DNA of 64,000 nucleotides. Source: Deltaproteobacteria bacterium (GTDB lineage: Bacteria > Desulfobacterota > Binatia > HRBIN30 > JACQVA1). Where the stretch lies: the NCBI GenBank assembly GCA_016210005.1, contig JACQVA010000127.1:835-64834 (forward strand), written 5' to 3'. The notes under the pieces were generated by a model that saw only the letters and a program-made list of their open reading frames with translations, was not told the origin of the DNA and made no database searches. Position numbers and translations under genes: made by a program. Below, in pieces: positions 42,523 to 50,901 of the stretch (its first letter is position 1; the number at the start of each line of letters is the position of its first letter).

Positions 42523-44712
42523 TCAGAACTCGCCGACCGCGCCGCGCGGCAAATCGACGTGAAACGTGGCCCCGTGCGGTTGCACCGGGGCGAAGGTGAG
42601 GTTGCCGCCGTGGGCTTGCACCATCTGGCGCGCCACCGCCAAGCCCAAGCCGGTGCCGTGCGGCTTGGTGGTCTCGAACAGCCGAAACAGCTGCACCGAC
42701 GCGGGCAGACCGGGACCGGTATCGCTCACCGAGATGCGCACCCGGTCCTGGGCCAGCGCGCTGACCTCGATGCTGACGCAGCCGGGGCCTTGCTCGATCG
42801 CTTCCAGCGCGTTCTTGACCAGGTTGTCCAGCACCCGGCGCAGCTTGTCTTCGTCGGCTACCAGGCTGGCAGCAGCACGATCAGCGGCCCTGGTCGCCAG
42901 CGTGATACCACGGGCTGCCGCCAGCGGCTGCCACAGGTCGATCACCTCCTGCACGAATCGCGGCACCGCAATGGTCTTCAGCTCCAAGCGCTGCTCGCGG
43001 GCGAAGTCGCGGAACTCGGCGATCAGCGTGTTCAAACGGTGAGCTTCAGCCACAATCCGTTCGGCCGCGGCGCGCACCGTGCTGACGGGCCGATCGGGAT
43101 CACGGCTGGCCCGGCGCGCGATCAGTTGCGCTTGCATCGAGACGCCCGCCAGCGGGTTTCCCAGATCATGAATGATTTGCGCCGTGATCGCGCCGATGTC
43201 GGCCAGCCGCTCGCGTTGCTGCACCAGCCGCTGACTGACGGCCAACTCCGCTTCCGCCCGCTTGCGGACAATGAAATCGCCGATCTGCTTGCCGAGCGAC
43301 TCCAGCGTATCGAGCGTCTCGCGGCTGCACCTCCGCAAGTCGCGGCGGTAAAACGCCATCACCCCAATCACCTCATGGCCGTTGCCGAGCGGGAAGGCGC
43401 AGGCATGGGGCAAGCCCAACTTGATGACTATGGACGAGCGGTGAAAGCCTTCATCCGCCGTGACGTCGGGGATGCAGACGGCGCGGCCGCTGGCCCACAC
43501 CCGGCCAGGCAACCCGCCGGCGATCTGGAAGACGCTCCGGCTGCTGGCGGCTTGGAATTCCGTGGCGTCCAGCGACGGTACGTGCCACATGCCATCCCAG
43601 CGCAATTCCTGGCTCGCGGCGTCAAGGTGCCACAGCTCCCCCAACTGCCATCCCAGCCCCTCGCAGATCGCTTGCAGCAACGCAGGGGTAGCCTCCGCCA
43701 GCGATGGCGAGGCCGCCAACACCCGCGTCACCGCGTACTGCGCACTCAACCGCTGCGCCGCGCAGAGGCGCTCCGTGATGTCGTGTCCCACCGCCAGCAC
43801 GCCGAGGACGCTGCCACCGGGGTCTGTGAGCGTCTTGGTGTACCACTCGATCTCGCGTTCGTGGCCGTGCTTGGTGACAATCGGATTGATATTGCCTTGC
43901 ACCCGGGCGCCGCTGACCGCGGTCTCGAATAACTCCCGGATGCGCTGGCGGTCGCGCTGCGGCAAGAAGGTCGCAAACCAGTCGTGGCCTTGCACCTCCG
44001 ACAAGCTATAGCCGGAAACCTCCTCGAAGAAGGGGTTGAAGCGAACGATCCGGCCACGACTATCGAGCACCAACACGATCACCTGGGCGGTCTCAATCAA
44101 GCTCTCGGCGAAGTCGCGCTCGCGCCGCAGCGCCTCCTCGACGCGGATGCGTTCACTGACATCCCGCACCAGCCAGCGCACGCCCGTCAGGCGGCCGCTG
44201 GCATCGCTCACGGCGGTAGCAACCAAAGCGGCGTCAAAGCCAGAGCCATCGTCACTGGTCGGCTGCAGGCGAACGATCCACTCTTGTCCGCCCTTGTCCT
44301 GGCCTTTCTCCAAGCGCGATAGCTGCTGGCGAAATACCGGCCGCTGCTCCGGGCACACGAAAACCGCCAACGGCTTGCGCTGCAACGAGTCACGGCGCCG
44401 ATTGAGGAGTCGCGCGGCCGCGCGGTTGGCTTCCACAATCGTGCCCGCGGCGTCAGTTAGCAGGTGGGCATCGGGAGCAAGCTCGAACAGCTCCTGGTAA
44501 CGCCGGCATCGCGCTTCGAGTGCCTGCCGCGCGGCCAGCAATTCCTTACTCTCGGCTTGCGCCTCCTCCTCGGCACTGCGCAGCTTCTCCAGCGTCTCGG
44601 CCAGCGCCGCCATCGTGTTTGCGGGCAGAGCCGTACGCCGCTGGCTGCGTCCCAGCCGCTCCAACTGCACTCGCGCGGCTTTGATCTTTGCGCCGAAACG
44701 AAGCTGCGCCAT
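42523..44712 (-). CDS. Sensor histidine kinase with coiled-coil, PAS and GAF domains (start uncertain; the ORF could extend to 44808)
   Basis: The H-box is ITAQIIHDLGNPLAG. There are PAS-like segments. HATPase motifs are NLVKNALEAI, SDTGPGL and GTGLGLAV. Confidence 0.8.
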   Translation of the reverse strand: MAQLRFGAKIKAARVQLERLGRSQRRTALPANTMAALAETLEKLRSAEEEAQAESKELLAARQALEARCRRYQELFELAPDAHLLTDAAGTIVEANRAAARLLNRRRDSLQRKPLAVFVCPEQRPVFRQQLSRLEKGQDKGGQEWIVRLQPTSDDGSGFDAALVATAVSDASGRLTGVRWLVRDVSERIRVEEALRRERDFAESLIETAQVIVLVLDSRGRIVRFNPFFEEVSGYSLSEVQGHDWFATFLPQRDRQRIRELFETAVSGARVQGNINPIVTKHGHEREIEWYTKTLTDPGGSVLGVLAVGHDITERLCAAQRLSAQYAVTRVLAASPSLAEATPALLQAICEGLGWQLGELWHLDAASQELRWDGMWHVPSLDATEFQAASSRSVFQIAGGLPGRVWASGRAVCIPDVTADEGFHRSSIVIKLGLPHACAFPLGNGHEVIGVMAFYRRDLRRCSRETLDTLESLGKQIGDFIVRKRAEAELAVSQRLVQQRERLADIGAITAQIIHDLGNPLAGVSMQAQLIARRASRDPDRPVSTVRAAAERIVAEAHRLNTLIAEFRDFAREQRLELKTIAVPRFVQEVIDLWQPLAAARGITLATRAADRAAASLVADEDKLRRVLDNLVKNALEAIEQGPGCVSIEVSALAQDRVRISVSDTGPGLPASVQLFRLFETTKPHGTGLGLAVARQMVQAHGGNLTFAPVQPHGATFHVDLPRGAVGEF

Positions 44713-44865
44713 GCGCGCCACCTGCCGATTCACGCCGGGGCGAGATCCCCGGTTACGAGGCAGTTGACCACGTTCGCCCACGGCAAACAAGCGACGGGCG
44801 AAGTGCAAACCGCCGCCGGGCTTCGCGCCGCCGGCCGTTCCGTGCTAAGGGACGGTGCGCTTTCT

Positions 44866-46419
44866 ATGAACACCCTGCATGAGGAGCCGGCACTTGCCTG
44901 CGCCCCGGCGGCGCCCCCGGCGCTGACTCCGCTGCGCGTCCTGGTCGTCGAGGACTCGGAAGACGATGCCCTGTTGGTAATTGCCGAACTCCGCCGGGGC
45001 GCGTTCGAGCCGAGGTGGATGCGGGTGGAGACTGCGGAGACCATGGCGGCTGCGCTAGCGCAGCAGCCCTGGGACGTAATTCTGGCGGACTACGAGATGC
45101 CCCATTTCAGTGGACCCGCGGCGCTCAAGCTGGTGCGCGAGGCGCGCCACGATCTCCCGTTCATAATGGTGTCGGGCACCATTGGCGAAGAGGTGGCGGT
45201 GGCGATGATGCGGGCCGGTGCGCACGATTACGTGATGAAGACCAATTTGACCCGCCTGAGCGCGGCCGTGGCGCGCGAGTTGCGCGACGCCGAGGAGCGG
45301 CGCTTACGCTCCGCCGCCGAGGTCGCCCTGCGCGATAGCGAAGCCCGCTTCCAGGCTTTCATGGACCACAGTCCGGCGGTGGCCTTCATCAAGGACGACG
45401 CCGGCCGCTACGTCTACGTCAGCTCCGCTTTTGAACGGTTCTTCCAAACCACGATGGCAGCCACGCGCGGTAAGACCGATGATGACCTGTGGCCGGCGGC
45501 GGTAGCACAACGGATACGGGAAAACGACGAGGTCGTGCTCAGCCGCAACCAGGCCGTCGAGCTAACCGAAACCGTGCCGACCACCGACGGCCTGGTGCGC
45601 GACTGGGTGGTACTCAAGTTTCCCATCACCGATGCCGGCGGGCAGCGCTTTATCGGCGGCGTCGCCGTCGACGTCACCGACCGAAAGCTGGTCGAGGCCC
45701 GGGTGCAAGCGCTCGAGAAGCTGGCGCAGCAGCGCGCTCGCCTCGCTGACATCGGCGCTATCACCGCTCAAATCGTGCACGACTTGGGCAACCCGCTGGC
45801 CGGCTTGGCAATGCAAGCGCAGCTCATCTTGCACCGCGCCAAGCGTGACCCGAACCAACCGCTCAGCAGCGTCACTCAAGCGGCTGAACGCATCGTCGGT
45901 GAGGTGTTCCGCCTTGACTCGTTGATCAAGGAGTTCATGGACTTCTCCCGCGAGCAGCGGCTGGAGCTGAAACCGCTCCAGCTGTCGCGTTTCTTGCGCG
46001 AGGTGGTCAGCTTCTGGCGCCCGGTGGCCGCCGCTCGCCGGATCGATGTCGCCCTCGATGTCCCTAGGAACCTGCCGCAGTTGCTCGCCGATGAAGAGAA
46101 GCTGCGCCGGGTGTTCGAGAACTTGGTGAAGAACGCGGTCGAGGCCATCGAGATGGGGCCCGGGCGCATTCACATTGCGGTCAGTCAACCCGCACCGCAG
46201 CGCATTCGCATTTCGGTGGCCGATGACGGGCCGGGCATTCCCGAGACGGTGCAGGTGTTCCGCCTCTTCGAGACCACCAAGCGTCACGGTACCGGCCTCG
46301 GCCTGGCCATTGCCAAGCAAATCGTGCTGGCACACGGCGGCGACATCGCTTTCGAGCGGGTAAAACCCCACGGCACGGTCTTCCACGTCGAGCTGCAACA
46401 GCAGGCGCCAGGGGGATGA
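44866..46419 (+). CDS. Response-regulator receiver, PAS and histidine kinase fusion protein
   Basis: The N-terminal REC domain is RVLVVEDSEDDALL...ILADYEMPHFSG...MVSG. The H-box is ITAQIVHDLGNPLAG. The HATPase core is 65% identical to the kinase encoded divergently at 42523. Confidence 0.8.
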   Translation: MNTLHEEPALACAPAAPPALTPLRVLVVEDSEDDALLVIAELRRGAFEPRWMRVETAETMAAALAQQPWDVILADYEMPHFSGPAALKLVREARHDLPFIMVSGTIGEEVAVAMMRAGAHDYVMKTNLTRLSAAVARELRDAEERRLRSAAEVALRDSEARFQAFMDHSPAVAFIKDDAGRYVYVSSAFERFFQTTMAATRGKTDDDLWPAAVAQRIRENDEVVLSRNQAVELTETVPTTDGLVRDWVVLKFPITDAGGQRFIGGVAVDVTDRKLVEARVQALEKLAQQRARLADIGAITAQIVHDLGNPLAGLAMQAQLILHRAKRDPNQPLSSVTQAAERIVGEVFRLDSLIKEFMDFSREQRLELKPLQLSRFLREVVSFWRPVAAARRIDVALDVPRNLPQLLADEEKLRRVFENLVKNAVEAIEMGPGRIHIAVSQPAPQRIRISVADDGPGIPETVQVFRLFETTKRHGTGLGLAIAKQIVLAHGGDIAFERVKPHGTVFHVELQQQAPGG

Positions 46420-46657
46420 GGGGCAGCTGCATGACAAGGATCGCATTCCGGCCCGCGGCGGGCGGGAAGAGCGCCGGGCGCTGGCGCCGATTGCAGCCCT
46501 GGTCCGGGTTTACCAGGGGTGAGAATCCCTGCGCGCCCGGGCGGCCGCAGAGGCGTGTTCTGCGCCGGGCTGGTTGCTGGCAAGACATTTGCGGCACAGG
46601 CGGTGGCCTGGCCTCGGCGTGCGCGCCGGGCCAGTGAGTTGTCGCATGGAGGAGGCC

Positions 46658-47137
46658 ATGAGCGTAGCCGAGATGATGAGCCAAGACGTGAAGACGTGCC
46701 GCCCGCAGGACACCTTGAACTCGGCGGCCCACTTGATGTGGGAGTTTGACTGCGGCTGTGTGCCGGTGGTCGACAGCGATAACCACGTTGTCGGCATGCT
46801 GACCGACCGCGACATCTGCATGGCCGCCTATACCCAGGGCGCCCTGCTGAGCGAGCTGGGCGTGGCCAGCGCGATGTCGAAGGAGGTATACACGTGCGGG
46901 CCGCAGGACACGCCAGCGGCGGCGGAAGAGTTGATGCGGGCGCACCAGATCCGGCGCCTGCCGGTGGTCGATGCTGCCGGCCGCCTCGTCGGCCTCGTGT
47001 CGTTGAACGACCTGGCGCGGGAAGCCGGGCGCCAGCCCGCGCGCAAGACCAAGAGGCAAGTCAAAGCCGACGAAGTGATAACTACGCTGGCTGCAATCTG
47101 TGCCCGGCGCCCCGGGCCGCAACTGAGCGCAGCGTAA
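46658..47137 (+). CDS. CBS-domain pair protein
   Basis: There are two CBS repeats (CVPVVDSDNHVVGMLTDRDI and RLPVVDAAGRLVGLVSLNDL). Confidence 0.75.
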   Translation: MSVAEMMSQDVKTCRPQDTLNSAAHLMWEFDCGCVPVVDSDNHVVGMLTDRDICMAAYTQGALLSELGVASAMSKEVYTCGPQDTPAAAEELMRAHQIRRLPVVDAAGRLVGLVSLNDLAREAGRQPARKTKRQVKADEVITTLAAICARRPGPQLSAA

Positions 47138-47231
47138 CTTGACCGCCCGCCACCGATGCCGCCAGTCCATCCGGCGCGCGGCCGCCGCGGCGGCGCCGCG
47201 CCCGCGACTCGCGCGTAGTCAGGAGTGACAC

Positions 47232-47792
47232 ATGCAACTGCCGTTACAGATCACTTTTCGTGAGATGGAACCGTCCGCCGCGGTCGCCGCCAAGATTCGC
47301 GAGCGCGCCGCCAAACTCGACGAATACTACGAGCGCATCATGAGCTGCCGCGTGGTGGTCGAGGCCCCGCATCGCCATCGCCACCAAGGTAAGTTGTTTC
47401 ACGTCCGCATCGATCTAACCGTGCCCAACGGCGAACTGGTGGTCAAGCGCGAGCCCGCCGCTCATCACGCCCATGAAGACGTTTATGTGGCCATCCGCGA
47501 TGCCTTCAATGCCGCGCAACGCCAGCTCGCGGACTATGCCCGCCGCCAGCGCCGCGACGTGAAGACCCACGAGGCGGCGCCGCCGGCCCGAGTCGCTCAG
47601 CTGTTTCCCGAAGCTGAATACGGCTTCATCGTTACCTTCGATGGCCGCGAGATCTACTTCCACAAGAACAGTGTGCTCAACCACGGCTTCGCGCGCTTGG
47701 AGGTGGGCACCGAGGTGCAGTTTGTGGAGGAGCAGGGCGAGAAAGGCCCGCAGGCGAGCACGGTCAGAGTGGTGGGCAAGCCCCGCGGCTGA
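47232..47792 (+). CDS. Fusion of an HPF/YfiA (S30AE) ribosome-associated inhibitor domain and a cold-shock domain
   Basis: The N-terminus MQLPLQITFREME...YYERIMSCRVVVEAPHRHRHQGKLFHVRIDL...YVAIRDAFNAAQRQL matches HPF. The C-terminus YGFIVTFDGREIYFHKNSV...GFARLEVGTEVQFVEEQGEKGPQAS matches a cold-shock domain. Confidence 0.65.
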   Translation: MQLPLQITFREMEPSAAVAAKIRERAAKLDEYYERIMSCRVVVEAPHRHRHQGKLFHVRIDLTVPNGELVVKREPAAHHAHEDVYVAIRDAFNAAQRQLADYARRQRRDVKTHEAAPPARVAQLFPEAEYGFIVTFDGREIYFHKNSVLNHGFARLEVGTEVQFVEEQGEKGPQASTVRVVGKPRG

Positions 47793-47828
47793 GGGTGACC
47801 GCCGTGCTCATCCCCAAGCACCTCGTGT

Positions 47829-48740
47829 CTACGCCGGCACGATGGTCGTGCCGGTGGTGCCGCTGAGAGCGCCTTCGATAGCGCCGAGGGTGGCGATAAC
47901 CGCGGGCCGCGCGGTGGCGCTGGCGAATTGCACTGCGCTCTCCACCTTGGGCGCCATCGAGCCGGGCGCAAAGACGTGATGCGCCAGACGCTCGCGGGCT
48001 TGTGCCACCGTCATCCGATGAATTGCCTGCTGATCGCTGGCACCGAATTGATCAAAGGCGTGCGACACGTCGGTCACGAACAGCAGACACTCGGCTCGTA
48101 AGGCTACCGCCAGGAGCGCGGCCACCCAATCCTTGTCGATCACCGCCGGTTGTGCCCGGCGCACCCCGGCAGTCTGCGCCAGCGCTACGCCGCCACCGCC
48201 GCCAGCCACAACGTGACCAGTGGCCAACAGTGTGCGAATCGCCTCGGCTTCGATCACCGCCAACGGGCGCGGCGACGCCACCACCCGGCGCCAGCCGCGG
48301 CCGTCGGGTGTCGGCAACGAGGCTACGCCGGCGGGCTTACTACTCAGTACCGCCCCCACCGGCTTGGTGGGCTGCGCAAAGGCCGGGTCGCCCGCGTCGA
48401 CCAGCACCCGAGTGATTATCGCTACGCCGGCGGCCCCGCCCAGCTCGTGATCTAATGCTTCCGCCAGCAAGTAGCCGATCTCCCCTTGCGTCTGCGCCAC
48501 GTGCACATCGAGGCGCTCGGAATCGCCGAAGCCCGGGGCGGCAAGCAGGCGGCCTACTTGCGGGCCGTTGCCGTGGACAACGAGCAAGCGCCAGCCGCGC
48601 CGCGCCAGGCCGGCCAGCTCACTAACCGCGCGTTCGATGACCTCGCGCTCGGTGGCAAATGATAGATCCCCGGCCGGCGGCGTGATGGCATTGCCGCCGA
48701 GCGCCACAACCATCAGCGGTGAGCTGGCCGCGACACTCAT
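47829..48740 (-). CDS. arcC: Carbamate kinase (amino-acid kinase family)
   Basis: MVVALGGNA and VVHGNGPQVG are signatures. The C-terminal region AVIDKD...FVTDV is present. Confidence 0.75.
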   Translation of the reverse strand: MSVAASSPLMVVALGGNAITPPAGDLSFATEREVIERAVSELAGLARRGWRLLVVHGNGPQVGRLLAAPGFGDSERLDVHVAQTQGEIGYLLAEALDHELGGAAGVAIITRVLVDAGDPAFAQPTKPVGAVLSSKPAGVASLPTPDGRGWRRVVASPRPLAVIEAEAIRTLLATGHVVAGGGGGVALAQTAGVRRAQPAVIDKDWVAALLAVALRAECLLFVTDVSHAFDQFGASDQQAIHRMTVAQARERLAHHVFAPGSMAPKVESAVQFASATARPAVIATLGAIEGALSGTTGTTIVPA

Positions 48741-50092
48741 GGAATCACAGCGCCGAACCGGGCAGCAAGGAAGTCGTCGACGATGGTACCCAGGGTCGGC
48801 TCGCCCGCGTCGGCGTACTCGTAGCGGGCGCGCACCACCGGCTTGTCGAGCGCGATCAGCGCTGCCAAGTCAATCGGCGTGGCCGCCACCACCACCTCGG
48901 CCGCCGCCGCGTTGATCGTCTGGCGCAGGGCCGCGAGCTGCTCGGTGTTGTAACCGACCGCAGGCAGGACCGGCCCGATGTGGGGATACTGCCCGAAGAC
49001 GGCCCGCAAGCTGGCAGCAGCGAACGGCCGCGGATCGACGATCGCCGCCGCCCCCACCGCCATCGCCGCGCGGTACCCAGCCCCGTGCGGCAGGCCCCCG
49101 TGCGTGATCGTCGGCCCATCCTCGACCACCAGCACCCGGCGCCCGCGGACGGCATCGGGATCATCCAAGCGCACCGGCGAAGCCGCCCGCACAATGGCGG
49201 CGGACGCGTTGACGGCGCGGATGTCGTTGACCACCTGCTCGACCTGTGCCGGCGTAGCCGCGTCCACTTTGTTCACCACCGCCACGTCGGCCATGCGCAA
49301 CACCGCCTCACCCGGGTGATACGCTGCCGCCTGTCCCGGCCGCAGTGCATCGGTCATCGCAATCAGCAGGCTCGGGCGAACGAACGGAAAATCATTGTTG
49401 CCGCCGTCCCAGACGATGATGTCCGCCTCGCGTTGCGCCTGCGCGACAATGGCGGCGTAATCCACGCCGGCGAAGACAACGTTGCCGGCCTCCAAGTGCG
49501 GCTCATACTCTTCGCGCTCCTCGGCCGTGCACCGAGCCGCGTCGAGATCGGCGGCGGTGGCAAAGCGCTGCACCCCTTCGCGCTCCAAATCGCCGTACGG
49601 CATCGGATGGCGCAGGACGGCCACCCGCAGGCCACGGCTGCGCAAGCGGCGGCCCAGCCAGCGCGCGGTCTGCGACTTGCCGCAGCCGGTGCGGATGGCA
49701 CAGACCGCGATCACCGGTACGCTCGCCAGCAACATGGTGCGCTGGGGTCCGAGCAAAACGAAGTCGGCGCCGCAGGCGAGCGCCCGCGCGGCCAGGTGCA
49801 TCACGTGCGCGTGCGACACGTCGCTGTAAGCGAACACGACTTGATCGATGCGCTCGCGCCGGCAGATAGCTTCCAGTTCGGTTTCGTCCGCAATCGGGAT
49901 GCCCGCCGGATAGCGGGCACCGGCCAGCGCTGCCGGATAACGGCGGCCACTGATGCCGGGAATCTGCGCGGCGGTAAACGCCGCCACCGTGACCGCCGGA
50001 TCGTCGCGGTAAACGACGTTGAAATTGTGGAAGTCGCGCCCGGCGGCACCGAGGATGAGCACACGGATCGGCGTGGCCACGGTCACCTGCAC
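48737..50092 (-). CDS. Cyclic-2,3-diphosphoglycerate-synthetase-like / DUF1611-type protein (Rossmann-like N-domain plus P-loop domain)
   Basis: The N-terminus RVLILGAAGRDFHNFNVV is Rossmann-like. The P-loop is IRTGCGKSQTARWLG. A 4-nt overlap couples it to the carbamate kinase. Confidence 0.4.
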   Translation of the reverse strand: MQVTVATPIRVLILGAAGRDFHNFNVVYRDDPAVTVAAFTAAQIPGISGRRYPAALAGARYPAGIPIADETELEAICRRERIDQVVFAYSDVSHAHVMHLAARALACGADFVLLGPQRTMLLASVPVIAVCAIRTGCGKSQTARWLGRRLRSRGLRVAVLRHPMPYGDLEREGVQRFATAADLDAARCTAEEREEYEPHLEAGNVVFAGVDYAAIVAQAQREADIIVWDGGNNDFPFVRPSLLIAMTDALRPGQAAAYHPGEAVLRMADVAVVNKVDAATPAQVEQVVNDIRAVNASAAIVRAASPVRLDDPDAVRGRRVLVVEDGPTITHGGLPHGAGYRAAMAVGAAAIVDPRPFAAASLRAVFGQYPHIGPVLPAVGYNTEQLAALRQTINAAAAEVVVAATPIDLAALIALDKPVVRARYEYADAGEPTLGTIVDDFLAARFGAVIP

Positions 50093-50644
50093 CTATTTCA
50101 GCGCCTCGATGATCTTCGTGCCCGCGTCGGCTTCCAGATCCACCGCTGTGGTTTCCAGCAGGCGTGCGATCATCATGTAGTAGCCCACCGCCAGGATCAG
50201 CTCGACGGTTTCGCGCGCCGAGAAGTGCTGGCGGGCGGCGGCGAAGGTGGCGTCCGAAACCCGCACGTCGCGGATCAGCTCATCGGTAAAGCGCAGCATG
50301 ACCTGCTCGCGGGCGTCGAAGCAGACCGCGGCGGTATCGCCGCGTTCAAGTGCGGCGACTTGCTCTTCGCTGGCGCCGGCGGCCTTGGCGATGGGCACAT
50401 GCTGCACCCACTCGTAGCGGGCACGCGAGAGCTGGGCGACGCGCAGGATGGCCAACTCGCGCAGCTTGCCGCTCAGCTGTTGCTTGGCCAAAATGCGGCT
50501 GCCCAGGCGCACCAACGGGCGAAAGTTGGTTTCCGCGTGCGCCATCATGTGAAAGACGTTGAGCGGCACCGCCAGCCGGCTGAAGGTATCGCGGACCTCG
50601 TCGGCGGTGGCGGTGGCCGGGTCAACGTACGGTAGTCGTGCCAT
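50093..50644 (-). CDS. Carboxymuconolactone decarboxylase-family (AhpD-like) protein
   Basis: CMD-domain helices. ELAILRVAQLSRARYEW is present. Confidence 0.7.
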   Translation of the reverse strand: MARLPYVDPATATADEVRDTFSRLAVPLNVFHMMAHAETNFRPLVRLGSRILAKQQLSGKLRELAILRVAQLSRARYEWVQHVPIAKAAGASEEQVAALERGDTAAVCFDAREQVMLRFTDELIRDVRVSDATFAAARQHFSARETVELILAVGYYMMIARLLETTAVDLEADAGTKIIEALK

Positions 50645-50901
50645 GGGTTCTCCTTCGCCTTAGCCGGCGTTGCCCCGGCATCGGCGCTGCTTGTACTGCG
50701 CCCGCCCTCGCCCTGCAATCACGCCGCCGGCATATACTGCTACTTTCAACAGACTAGGGATGAGTCAGTCAGCACTAGGGCAGACTGTGCCTGCCGCTCG
50801 CTTGTCGCGCCCAGAGTTGGCAGGCACAGCCTGCCCTACTACTGACCTGAAACTCGCACCCGCAGAACTTGCCACTTCCAACAACTCTCGCCCTGGGTTA
50901 G

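Noticed and set aside
48719-50635. 638-aa plus-strand ORF
   Set aside because: It is antisense to the carbamate kinase, P-loop and CMD genes. Its composition is Arg- and His-rich junk.
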